Shown here: positions 30,118-38,963 of the stretch, one piece after another
Position numbering within the stretch: position 1 is the stretch's first letter
How the letters are laid out: each line of letters opens with the position of its first letter
From: a bacterium
Lineage (GTDB): Bacteria; JADJOY01
Length of the DNA stretch: 48,155 nt
Reading direction: 5' to 3'
NCBI GenBank assembly: GCA_046331705.1
Contig: JAXLQJ010000055.1
Coordinates: forward strand, 1-48,155
The notes under the pieces: model-generated
The model's input: the letters and a program-made list of their open reading frames with translations, nothing else
Database searches by the model: none
What the model was told of the DNA's origin: nothing
Made by a program: the position numbers and the translations under genes

Positions 30118-31983
30118 ATGACGACGGGCAGCAACGCGATCGTGCAGGGGCGGGCGTCGCCGGCGACCCGTCGGTGCCCGCGCGCCGCGGGATGGCTGCT
30201 CGCCGCCTGGTTGATCGCGGCCTGGCCCGTCGCGGACTCGCGGGCACGCGCGGCCACTCGCCCCGTGCCGGCGTTCGGCGCGCCCGTGGTGAGCCCGTTC
30301 GGGTTGGGCGGGGTCGCACACCAGGCCGTGCCGGCGCTGGCGGACATCGACGGAGATGGCGATCTCGACGTGGTCGTTGGCCAGTTGGATGGCGCGCTGT
30401 CGTTCTTCCGCAACACGGGAACGGCGACGAGCCCGTCGTTCGCCGGGGCGGTGACGAATCCGTTCGGCCTCGCCGACGTGGGTGGCGGCTCCGCGGCGCC
30501 GCGGTTCGTGGACCTCGACGGCGACGGCGATCTCGATCTGCTGGCGGGCAGTCAGTCGGGACACGTCGTGCTCTTCCGCAACACCGGAACGCGGGTCGAT
30601 CCGGCGTTCGCCGCGGCTTCCGCCGATCCGTTCGGCCTCGGCGACGTCGGGACGTACGCCAGCCCCGCGTTCGCGGACGTCGATGGCGACGGGGATCTCG
30701 ACGCGTTCGTCGGCAAGGCGACCGGGAACACGATGTTCTTCGCGAACACCGGAACCGCGACGTCGCCGGCGTTCGCAGCAGCCGTCGCGAATCCGTTCGG
30801 GCTCGCCGACGTCGGCACGTACGCCGCGCCGAGCTTCGCGGACGTGGATGGCGACGGCGATCTGGATGCGCTGATCGGTGACGACGCCGGCGACGCGGCC
30901 TTCTTCACCAACGTGGGCACGGCGACCTCGCCGGCATTCAGTGGGCCGATCCACTACGCCTTCGGCATCGGCTACGCCGGCCCGGGCACGTCCGCGGCCT
31001 GGGGGGACATCGACGGCGACGGGGATCTCGATCTGGTGGTGGGGAACTACTTCGGCGCGACGTACCTCCTCGAGAACCAGCGGGCAGCCGAGCCCCCGGA
31101 GCTCTTCGCGCCACCTTCCGCGAATCCGTTCGGGCTCGTGGCCGCGGGCACGTTCAGCGCGCCGCGCTTCGCCGACATCGACGGCGACGGGGATCTCGAC
31201 GCGTTCATCGGTGCGGAGTCGGGGACGACCTATCTCCAGTCCAACTCGGGCTCGGCGACGAGCCCCACCTTCGCGGCGGCCACGCCGAATCCTCTTGGGC
31301 TGACCGACGTGGGCGCCCGGGCCGCGCCGGCCTTCGGCGATCTCGACGGCGACGGCGATCTCGACGCGCTCGTGGGCGACTCGACGGGCGCGCTCGATTT
31401 CTTCCCGAACGCGGGCACGTTGGTGGCGCCCGCATTCGCCACCTGGTCCACCAACCCCTTCGGCCTGACCAGCGTGGGAAGCTCGCCGAGCCCGGTCCTC
31501 GCCGACATCGACGGGGATGGCGACCTCGACGTCTTCGTCGGCGACACCGGCGGCAGCACGGTCTTCTTCCCGAACACCGGCACCGCGCGATCTCCGGCCT
31601 TCGCCGCGGCGGTGACGAACCCGTTCGGGCTCGCCGCCACCGAGAGCAACCCGGTGCCGAGCTTCGCCGACCTCGACGGCGACGGTGACCTGGACGCGTT
31701 CGTGGGCACGTCGTCCGGGAGTGTCGTGGTGTTCCGGAACACGGGCTCGCTCGAGAGCCCGGCGTTCGTCGCCGTGTCCGGCGACCCCTTGGGCACGGCG
31801 GGAACGAACCTCGACGCGGCGTCGCCGACGTTCGCGGACTTGGACGGGGACGGCGATCTCGACGCCCTGATCGGCAGCGCCGGGGGCAACACGTACTTCG
31901 TTCGGAATCTCACTCGCCAGCTGGTGTTCGAGGACGCCTTCGAGTCCGGTGACATCGGCGCCTGGACGAATTCCGTTCCCTAG
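30118..31983 (+). CDS. Secreted VCBS/FG-GAP-like repeat protein, 10 DxDGDGDLD repeats
   Basis: Signal-like N-terminus; ~53-aa repeats NPFGL.DVG..A.P.FADxDGDGDLD..VG...G...FF.NTG....PAF; ends VFEDAFESGDIGAWTNSVP. Confidence 0.85.
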   Translation: MTTGSNAIVQGRASPATRRCPRAAGWLLAAWLIAAWPVADSRARAATRPVPAFGAPVVSPFGLGGVAHQAVPALADIDGDGDLDVVVGQLDGALSFFRNTGTATSPSFAGAVTNPFGLADVGGGSAAPRFVDLDGDGDLDLLAGSQSGHVVLFRNTGTRVDPAFAAASADPFGLGDVGTYASPAFADVDGDGDLDAFVGKATGNTMFFANTGTATSPAFAAAVANPFGLADVGTYAAPSFADVDGDGDLDALIGDDAGDAAFFTNVGTATSPAFSGPIHYAFGIGYAGPGTSAAWGDIDGDGDLDLVVGNYFGATYLLENQRAAEPPELFAPPSANPFGLVAAGTFSAPRFADIDGDGDLDAFIGAESGTTYLQSNSGSATSPTFAAATPNPLGLTDVGARAAPAFGDLDGDGDLDALVGDSTGALDFFPNAGTLVAPAFATWSTNPFGLTSVGSSPSPVLADIDGDGDLDVFVGDTGGSTVFFPNTGTARSPAFAAAVTNPFGLAATESNPVPSFADLDGDGDLDAFVGTSSGSVVVFRNTGSLESPAFVAVSGDPLGTAGTNLDAASPTFADLDGDGDLDALIGSAGGNTYFVRNLTRQLVFEDAFESGDIGAWTNSVP

Positions 31984-32113
31984 TCCGCGCCGCGGGCCGG
32001 GATTCGGTCGGTGACGGTCTCGCGAGGCGCGCGATCCGCCGGGATCGCCCGCCGCATACGTAGTACAATCGTGTATCCGTGCGGAGTGCGCGGTCGTTGC
32101 GCGGGAGATCGTG

Positions 32114-33295
32114 ATGCCGATGATGCGCCGGCGATCGAACCAGCTCGGGGCGCGGCGGGCGCTCGCCGCTCGCCTTCCCGCGTGGCTGCTCGCCGGCTGG
32201 CTCGTGGCCGCGCCGATCGCCCGCAGCGCGCCCACGACAACAGCGCAGCGGATCCCGGCGCTCGCCGCGAAGGCCGGCAGCACGCTCGATGGGGCGGGTA
32301 GGGAGGCGCGACCCGCGTCGACTCGGGTCGAGATCGCCGGCGATGGTGATCTCGACCGTCGACCCGCATCGCCGCCGGCGATACCCGACGCCAGCGGTCG
32401 ATCCCCGTTCGAACCGATCTTTCAGCTGCCCTCGACCCACGCCTTCGGTCTCGGCGACGTCGGCGCCTACGCCGCGCCGGGATTCGTGGACGTGGACGGC
32501 GACGGCGACCTGGACGCGTTCGTCGGCAATTCCGCGGGCGAGATCCGCTTCTTCGAGAACACCGGGACGTCGAAGAGCGCGGCCTTCGCCTCGCCTTCGC
32601 TTCAGCCGTTTGGACTTCACGTGGTCACTTACGGCGCCGTGCCGCGCTTCGTGGACATCGACGGCGATGGCGATCTCGATGCGTTCGTGGGCTCGGGTTA
32701 CGGCGACGTCGTGTTCTTCGAGAACACCGGCAGCGCCTCCAGTCCCGCGTTCCTGGACGCCGGCTTCGGTGCGCTCGGCATCACGAACGTCGGGAATTAC
32801 GCGTGTCCCGCGCTCGGTGACCTCGACGGCGACGGTGATCTGGACTTGCTGGTGGGAGTCGAGGCCGGCGACACCTTCCTCCTCGCCAACACCGGCTCGG
32901 CGATCGCACCCGCCTTCGCGGCCGGATCGATCCATCCGTTCGGGTTGAGCAACGTCGGTAGCTTCGCGGCGCCCGCCCTCGTCGATCTCGATGGCGACGG
33001 CGATCTCGACGCGCTGCTCGGGGATGGCGACGGGGACGCGCTCTTCTTCGCCAACACCGGAACGGCCGCGAGCGCTGCATTCGCGTCTCCAGTCAGTGAG
33101 CCGTTCGGGCTCACGAACGTGGGCGGCTTCGGCGTAGCGGACTTCGCCGACATCGATGGCGACGGGGATCTCGACGCGTTCGTGGGGAATGCCGCGGGGC
33201 AGAGCGTCTTCTTCCAGAATCTCACGGCCCACCCCCTGTTCGACGACGACTTCGAGTCCGGCGGCACGTGGCACTGGACGGTCACCGTCCCATGA
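32114..33295 (+). CDS. Secreted VCBS/FG-GAP-like repeat protein, 5 repeats; paralog of the upstream gene
   Basis: Similar signal peptide (WLLAGWLVAAP vs WLLAAWLIAAWP) and same repeat consensus; ends LFDDDFESGGTWHWTVTVP. Start 32111-32123. Confidence 0.85.
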   Translation: MPMMRRRSNQLGARRALAARLPAWLLAGWLVAAPIARSAPTTTAQRIPALAAKAGSTLDGAGREARPASTRVEIAGDGDLDRRPASPPAIPDASGRSPFEPIFQLPSTHAFGLGDVGAYAAPGFVDVDGDGDLDAFVGNSAGEIRFFENTGTSKSAAFASPSLQPFGLHVVTYGAVPRFVDIDGDGDLDAFVGSGYGDVVFFENTGSASSPAFLDAGFGALGITNVGNYACPALGDLDGDGDLDLLVGVEAGDTFLLANTGSAIAPAFAAGSIHPFGLSNVGSFAAPALVDLDGDGDLDALLGDGDGDALFFANTGTAASAAFASPVSEPFGLTNVGGFGVADFADIDGDGDLDAFVGNAAGQSVFFQNLTAHPLFDDDFESGGTWHWTVTVP

Positions 33296-35019
33296 GAGGA
33301 CTCGCCGTGAACCCGCGACGACTTCGCGTTCTCACGCTTCTCGGTGCGGCGCTCGTCGCCGCGATCGGCGTGCGCGGCGCTCGCGCTCAGTCGCCCATCG
33401 CGGCGCGTGCGAGCGCCGCCTTCTCCACCCTGCGGATCGCGAAGGCGCCTCCCACCGAGTGCTTCAACGGCGTCGGCAAGCCCTATCCGCACTTCCTCTA
33501 CGACGCCCAGGGAAAGCCCGCTTGCGTGGATCCAGCAACGGGCCTTCCCAAGGGAAGCCTGAAGGTCAACGCCGGCTACGTGTGGGGGATGACGGAGACC
33601 GCGAATCGCTACCTGTGGTTCGGCACCGGCCCCAACGTGCAGTGCTTCGAGATGGGGTGGTACCTGGAGATCACCACACCGTTCCTGAGCTCGACCGAGG
33701 TGTGCGAGTTCGGTAGCTCGCAGCTCGCCAAGCAGCATCTCGTGCCCGCGGCGCTGGGCGACTGGCGCGCTCCCAACGCCTACGTCTACGACACCCAGAC
33801 CGGTTCCCTGACGCGCATCACGCCGCGCGAGCCGCTCGTCCAGCAGACCCTCGGCATGCGCTGGGGCGGCACCTCGCCGGACGAGAGCATCGTCTTCTTC
33901 GGCGGCCCCGATCTGAACACGCCTGCTCAAGGCATCGTGATACACGCGTTCGACGCCGCAACCTGGACGCCGCTCGGCTCGACCAAGATCACGGCGTGGG
34001 GAAACATCCGGAAGTCCGTCGTCCTGAATGGCGTTCTCTACGTCGGAGTGCAGGGCGTCGAGGCCGGTGGAGCGGTGCTGCGCTGGATCGGCGACCGCGC
34101 CCATCCGTTCGACTTCCAGGTGGTGGGGAGCTTCGACAGCGAGGTGGAGGAGCTCGTCGTCCATCAAGGACGGCTCTTCGCGGGGACCACGCCCAACGGC
34201 GCGCAAGGCGGCGCGCAAGGTGGCGTGTGGCGAAGCCCGACGATCCCGCCTGGGGGGCTCGCTCCGAACGATGCCAGCGCCTGGTCGCCGATCTTCAAGA
34301 TCGGCGACTACGAGCCCGATGCGGTGAACGCGCTCACCTATGGCGTGGGAGCGCTGGCGTCGTTCGACAACGCGCTGGTCTTCGGCACGATGTACTTCCC
34401 GTTCTCGGCGGCGCACGCGGAGATCAACGTCTACGGCCTCTCCGCGAGCGATGCCTCGGTGCTCCAGATCGAAGCCAAGACCCGCCGCCCGGTGACGGTC
34501 TTTCGCATCGACAACGCGACCTCGAGCCCGGTGGTGAAGCCGCTCTACGCGGAGTCGTCGGTGCAGGTGTACGTGCCCACCGATCCCCTTCATCCCAAGA
34601 ACGGCGGCAGCTGGGTCGCGAAGCCGACCAAGCTCGGGACACCGCTCTTCGGGCCCTCGGGATTCGGCAACACCTGGAACAACTACACCTGGAACATGAC
34701 CGTCCTGGGCAACGCGCTCTACATCGGCACGATGGACTGGAGCTACATCTACGCCGACACGTTGAATCTCTTCGGTACCTATCCGGTGGCGCTGCCTGGC
34801 GGGAACTCCTATGGCGCCGATCTGCTCAAGATGACGTCGGTCACGGCTCCCGGAACGCTGGTCAGCGTCGACGGCCTCGGCAACACGTACAACTACGGGA
34901 TCCGGACCTCGGCCGTCGCCGGGGGCCTGCTCTATCTGGGCACCGCGAACCCGACCAACCTCGCGACCAAGAGCAACAAGCCGATGGGCGGCTGGGAGCT
35001 GATCGTCGCGAGCCCCTAG
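33292..35019 (+). CDS. Hypothetical secreted protein, probably beta-propeller
   Basis: ATGA overlap with the upstream gene (alternative GTG 33307 with GAGGA); signal peptide ARA-Q; recurring blades LWFGT, LYVGV, LFAGT, LVFGT, LYIGT, LYLGT. Confidence 0.75.
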   Translation: MRGLAVNPRRLRVLTLLGAALVAAIGVRGARAQSPIAARASAAFSTLRIAKAPPTECFNGVGKPYPHFLYDAQGKPACVDPATGLPKGSLKVNAGYVWGMTETANRYLWFGTGPNVQCFEMGWYLEITTPFLSSTEVCEFGSSQLAKQHLVPAALGDWRAPNAYVYDTQTGSLTRITPREPLVQQTLGMRWGGTSPDESIVFFGGPDLNTPAQGIVIHAFDAATWTPLGSTKITAWGNIRKSVVLNGVLYVGVQGVEAGGAVLRWIGDRAHPFDFQVVGSFDSEVEELVVHQGRLFAGTTPNGAQGGAQGGVWRSPTIPPGGLAPNDASAWSPIFKIGDYEPDAVNALTYGVGALASFDNALVFGTMYFPFSAAHAEINVYGLSASDASVLQIEAKTRRPVTVFRIDNATSSPVVKPLYAESSVQVYVPTDPLHPKNGGSWVAKPTKLGTPLFGPSGFGNTWNNYTWNMTVLGNALYIGTMDWSYIYADTLNLFGTYPVALPGGNSYGADLLKMTSVTAPGTLVSVDGLGNTYNYGIRTSAVAGGLLYLGTANPTNLATKSNKPMGGWELIVASP

Positions 35020-35051
35020 CGCGGCGGGGTGGGCCTCGACGGAGAGACGCG

Positions 35052-36446
35052 ATGCGCGCCCGGCAGCTTTCCCGCACGCTGCTGTGGGGCGCGTGTGTGG
35101 GTGCGGCGATGCTGGTCGCGCCGCGGCGCGCTGCCGCGGCTGCCTGTGTGCCGATCAACGGCGGCTCGGCCGCCAGCAACTGGTACTGCGATCCCTTCCA
35201 AACGCCCTCGGACGTCGAAGTGGACGGTGACGAGCCGCTGGTCCCGAGCTACCCGGACGCGGCCAATCGCTACGCGGTCCTCGCGTACAAGTTCACCGAC
35301 AAGTCGAAGGTGCTGCGGCTACACGGCGCGTTCCGCGACGCACGTTTCGAGAACCTGAACGTCGAGCTGTTCAAGACCGCCTCGACGGGGCTCTACACGC
35401 GCGTCGCCAACATCGCGGTCAACGATCACGACACCCAGAACGAGAACCGCCGCGGCTGCAAACCGTCGATCGACGCCAACTGCGGCCCCGATCTGGTCGC
35501 GGCCTCGGGCTGCAACCCGGCGACCTCGTCCAATCCGCAAGCCTGCATCGGCAGCCCGTACGAGGTGGCGCTCGTGGATGCCGCCTCCGCCGCGGCGTGG
35601 AAGAGCTTGCACCCCGGCGAGACCATCAACGTGATCCCGCTCGCGGCGCCGCCGGCGACCGTCACCGTGGTACGCGTCGCGTGGCGACTGGCGAACGGCG
35701 GGACCGCCAAGGCTCCCACGGTGTCGTGGGAGAGCACCTCGGGCGTGGTCGTCTCCGGTCCCGTCGCTCCCGATCTGCAGAACGATTTCACCGAAGAAGA
35801 CGTGACGCTCGGCGCCACGCCGTGCGGCAGCAAAGGTTGCGTGACCGAGACCTATCACATCGATCCCGGGCCCGGTCAGCTCCACAACTTCGCCACCGAG
35901 TACCTGGGCTCGACGCTCGCGATGCTGAACGCGAGCACGGACGTCGTGGTCTACAAGTTCCGGTCGCCCGACTCCGCGATCGGTTATCCGAGCGCGTCGC
36001 TCGCCGGCACCGAGGACGTCCGCTACTGGTCCGCGTGCCTGGGGTACGCGACGACCACCACCATCACCTCGCCGGACCTGGGCTGCACTCGGGATCAGGA
36101 CGGCACCACGCCCGCCGACGGCTACGAGCGGGTGGTGATCGGTCCCGACGTCAACGTGTCCTGCCCGGGGCACGGCACGATCCGCCTCGCGGCCTGCGCG
36201 CAATCGCGCCAGCACCACTACGTCACCTGGGGAGCGCTCGGCACCGCGACGAATCGCGTGTTCATCTACCGCAACGTGCAGACGAGCCCGGCGTTCCCAG
36301 GGTCGGCGATCACCATTCCCGCCTGTGTGTCGTGGCCGTCGTCTTGTCCGTCGGCTGCGGGCTACATCGGCAGCTGGGCTCCGCGCGGCAAGCACTGCAC
36401 CCTCGACACCTACCTGAGCTCGCCCGCCTCGTGCGAGGCGTGGTGA
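35052..36446 (+). CDS. Hypothetical secreted Cys-rich protein
   Basis: GGAG RBS, signal peptide, many Cys, motifs YPDAANRY and DVRYWSAC; strong coding-type codon bias. Confidence 0.72.
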   Translation: MRARQLSRTLLWGACVGAAMLVAPRRAAAAACVPINGGSAASNWYCDPFQTPSDVEVDGDEPLVPSYPDAANRYAVLAYKFTDKSKVLRLHGAFRDARFENLNVELFKTASTGLYTRVANIAVNDHDTQNENRRGCKPSIDANCGPDLVAASGCNPATSSNPQACIGSPYEVALVDAASAAAWKSLHPGETINVIPLAAPPATVTVVRVAWRLANGGTAKAPTVSWESTSGVVVSGPVAPDLQNDFTEEDVTLGATPCGSKGCVTETYHIDPGPGQLHNFATEYLGSTLAMLNASTDVVVYKFRSPDSAIGYPSASLAGTEDVRYWSACLGYATTTTITSPDLGCTRDQDGTTPADGYERVVIGPDVNVSCPGHGTIRLAACAQSRQHHYVTWGALGTATNRVFIYRNVQTSPAFPGSAITIPACVSWPSSCPSAAGYIGSWAPRGKHCTLDTYLSSPASCEAW

Positions 36447-36491
36447 GCGCGACGCGCGTCCCGGCCCGAGCGGTCGGGATGCGCGACCGGA

Positions 36492-38963
36492 TCAGCGCGG
36501 CGCGGCGGGCACCTGGATCGGGGTCGGCGCGTCGCCGCGCTGGTGTTGCGCCCAAATCCGGCGGTACGCGTCCTCCAGGTGCCGGGCGAACCGCGCGAGA
36601 TCGAAGAGCGGTGTCTCGAGGAGCGCGTCGCCGAGCTTGGAGCGAACGCGCGCGAGCGCCGCACGATCGCACGCCAGGCCGACCGCGCGCTCGAGGTACT
36701 CGCCATCGCTCGCGCACACGGTCTCCGGCGTGCCGGCGACGCGGCACAGGCTCGCCCCCATGCGCGACAGATACGTGTTTCCCGGCTTGGTGACGACGGG
36801 CACGCCCGCGCGCAGCGCACCGATGGCCGTGGCGCCGGCGTTCCAGTGGAAGGTGTCCAGGAAGAGATCGGCGAGCGCGTAACGCGCCAGATACTCGGGC
36901 TCGGGAGCCAGGCCGGCGAACCGGATCCGTTCGGGGTCGACGCCCGCAGCGCGCGCCTCGCGACGGAGGTTCGTGCGCACCCCGCGCAGGCCGCGGTCGT
37001 AGAGCCAGAGCACGCTGTCCGGAACACGGTCGAGGATGCGCATCCAGAGCGCGAAGCACTCGGGACCGATCTTCACCGGATGGTTGAAGCAGCAATACAC
37101 GAAGGCCGCGCTGGGCAGCCCGACCGATTCGCGGGTGACCGGGCGCTCCGAGATCGCGAACGGCGAGCTCACCAGGAAGGCGTCCGGGAGGCGGACGACG
37201 GCCTCGTCGTAATGCCGCGCGAGCTCCTCCGGGAGCGCCACCTCGTCGGCGATCACGTACGGCATGAACGACGCACCCATCGTGTCGAGGTAGCCGAGCC
37301 AGTGGGCCTGCACGGGCGCCGGCCTGAGCGCGACGATCTCCGCACGCGTGTGCGACGAGTAGCCCCCCAGGTCCACGAGCACGTCGATCTCGTCGGCTTC
37401 GATTCGCCGGGCGGCCGCTTCCGGCGAGATCGCCGAGACGTCCACGAAGCGATCCATGCCGCGCTCGATCGCGCCGCGCGTCTCGTCTCGGACGTCCACC
37501 AGCGAGTAGCCGAAGACCTCGAGCTCGTCTCGATCGTGGTGACGGAAGAGCTCGCGGATCAGCCTTCCCACGACGTGGCCGCGGAAGTCGGGCGACAGGT
37601 AGCCCACCCGTAGACGCCCCCGCCGGTTTCGCCGCGCGACGCCACCGGGTGGCCGGCGCAGCTCGGCGACGCGCGTCTCGAGGTGCCCGCTCATGAGGCG
37701 CGCCGCTCGGCGATGAAGCTCCGGCGGTACCGCGAAGCCGTTCAGGTGGAACGGCGGCAGCGGCGACGCGCCGAGGGTCGCAGCGCCCAGGGTGTCGACG
37801 AGATCCGGCAGGGCGGCGACGTCCGCCTCGCGCCGGCCCCAATCGCACAGGTCGGCGCGGAGCCGCGTCAGCGCGAAGTGGATCGCCGTCAGCGAAGGGT
37901 CGAGCGCCAGAGCGTGCTCGAAGAGCGGCAGCGCGTCCTCGGGCTCGTCTTCCTGGCGAAGCTCGGCGAGCCCCAGGTGCGCGCGTGCGGAGCGGGGGTC
38001 GGCAGCGAGGGCGCGACGGTAGCACCGCTCGGCGTCGCTCACCCGGCGCTGCGCGTGGTGGAGGATCTGCCCCAGCGCGAGCAGCGCCGGCACGTGCCGC
38101 GGCGCGACGGCGAGGGCCTTGCGAAGCGAACCGATCGCCGCCGGGTGATCGGCGATCGTGTGCTGGCCGAGGGCCAGATCCATCCAGGCCTCGGCACTTC
38201 GAGGCGCCACCCGGGTGGCCTCCGTCAGGTAGCGCAGCGCCGCCTGGACGTGACCGTCGGCGAGCAGCAGCTTCCCCAGGGCGCCGAGCGCCAGCGTCAT
38301 GCCGGGCTTGCATCGCAGCGCCTCGGCATAGGCCGCCCGGGCGCTGGCGCGGTCGCCGCGTCGCTCGAAGAGAGCGCCGAGATTGTGGTGCGCCTCGGCG
38401 AGCCGCGGGTCGAGGTCGAGAACGCAGCGGAAGCAGCGCTCCGCTTCCTCGCCGTTGCCGACGATGGCGAGCACCTGCCCGAGGGCGTTCCATCCCGCGG
38501 CGTGCTGCGGATGGAGGCTCGTCGCGCGCCTCAGGTGCCCCTCGGCGCCGGCGAGATCCCCGCGCCGCTGGAAGAGCCGGCCCAGGTTGAAGTGGGCCGG
38601 CGCGAAATCGTCCGCGAGCCGCAGCGCGTCGCGAAACGAGCGCTCGGCGTCGTCGGCTCGTCCGGCCGCCAGCAAGAGCTTGCCGAGGGTGTTGTGAAAC
38701 GCGGGCTTCCTGGGATCGAGCGCGATCGCCCGCCGCACCAGCTCGATCCCCTGCGCGGGATCGCGAGCCGCCGCCAAGAGACGTCCGAGCATGTGCAGCG
38801 CGTCGCTGTGGGCCGGCGCGAGCTTCAGCGCTTCGCGATAGTGCCGAGCCGCCTCCTCGAGCCGGCCGGCGCGCTGGCACTGAAGGCCTCGCCCGTAGTG
38901 GGAAGCGGCGAGGTCGGGCTCGGTCATCGCGTGGGTCGCTGGCCGCGAGGCGGTGCGGCTCAC
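36492..38963 (-). CDS. TPR-containing GT41 (OGT/SPINDLY-like) protein glycosyltransferase
   Basis: About 9-10 TPRs, then LRVGYLSPDFRGHVVG, DEIDVLVDLGGYS, RPAPVQAHWLGY..TMG, FNHPVKI, WMRIL..VP.S.LWL, DLFLDTF, SRMGASL, PLFD. GTG start overlaps the upstream stop. Confidence 0.92.
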   Translation of the reverse strand: MSRTASRPATHAMTEPDLAASHYGRGLQCQRAGRLEEAARHYREALKLAPAHSDALHMLGRLLAAARDPAQGIELVRRAIALDPRKPAFHNTLGKLLLAAGRADDAERSFRDALRLADDFAPAHFNLGRLFQRRGDLAGAEGHLRRATSLHPQHAAGWNALGQVLAIVGNGEEAERCFRCVLDLDPRLAEAHHNLGALFERRGDRASARAAYAEALRCKPGMTLALGALGKLLLADGHVQAALRYLTEATRVAPRSAEAWMDLALGQHTIADHPAAIGSLRKALAVAPRHVPALLALGQILHHAQRRVSDAERCYRRALAADPRSARAHLGLAELRQEDEPEDALPLFEHALALDPSLTAIHFALTRLRADLCDWGRREADVAALPDLVDTLGAATLGASPLPPFHLNGFAVPPELHRRAARLMSGHLETRVAELRRPPGGVARRNRRGRLRVGYLSPDFRGHVVGRLIRELFRHHDRDELEVFGYSLVDVRDETRGAIERGMDRFVDVSAISPEAAARRIEADEIDVLVDLGGYSSHTRAEIVALRPAPVQAHWLGYLDTMGASFMPYVIADEVALPEELARHYDEAVVRLPDAFLVSSPFAISERPVTRESVGLPSAAFVYCCFNHPVKIGPECFALWMRILDRVPDSVLWLYDRGLRGVRTNLRREARAAGVDPERIRFAGLAPEPEYLARYALADLFLDTFHWNAGATAIGALRAGVPVVTKPGNTYLSRMGASLCRVAGTPETVCASDGEYLERAVGLACDRAALARVRSKLGDALLETPLFDLARFARHLEDAYRRIWAQHQRGDAPTPIQVPAAPR

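Noticed and set aside
30280-33230. Recurring GACGGCGACGGCGATCTCGAC-like DNA repeats at about 160-bp period as a CRISPR array or DGR template
   Set aside because: They are in-frame coding repeats (DGDGDLD) with synonymous variation; no cas or reverse transcriptase gene is present.
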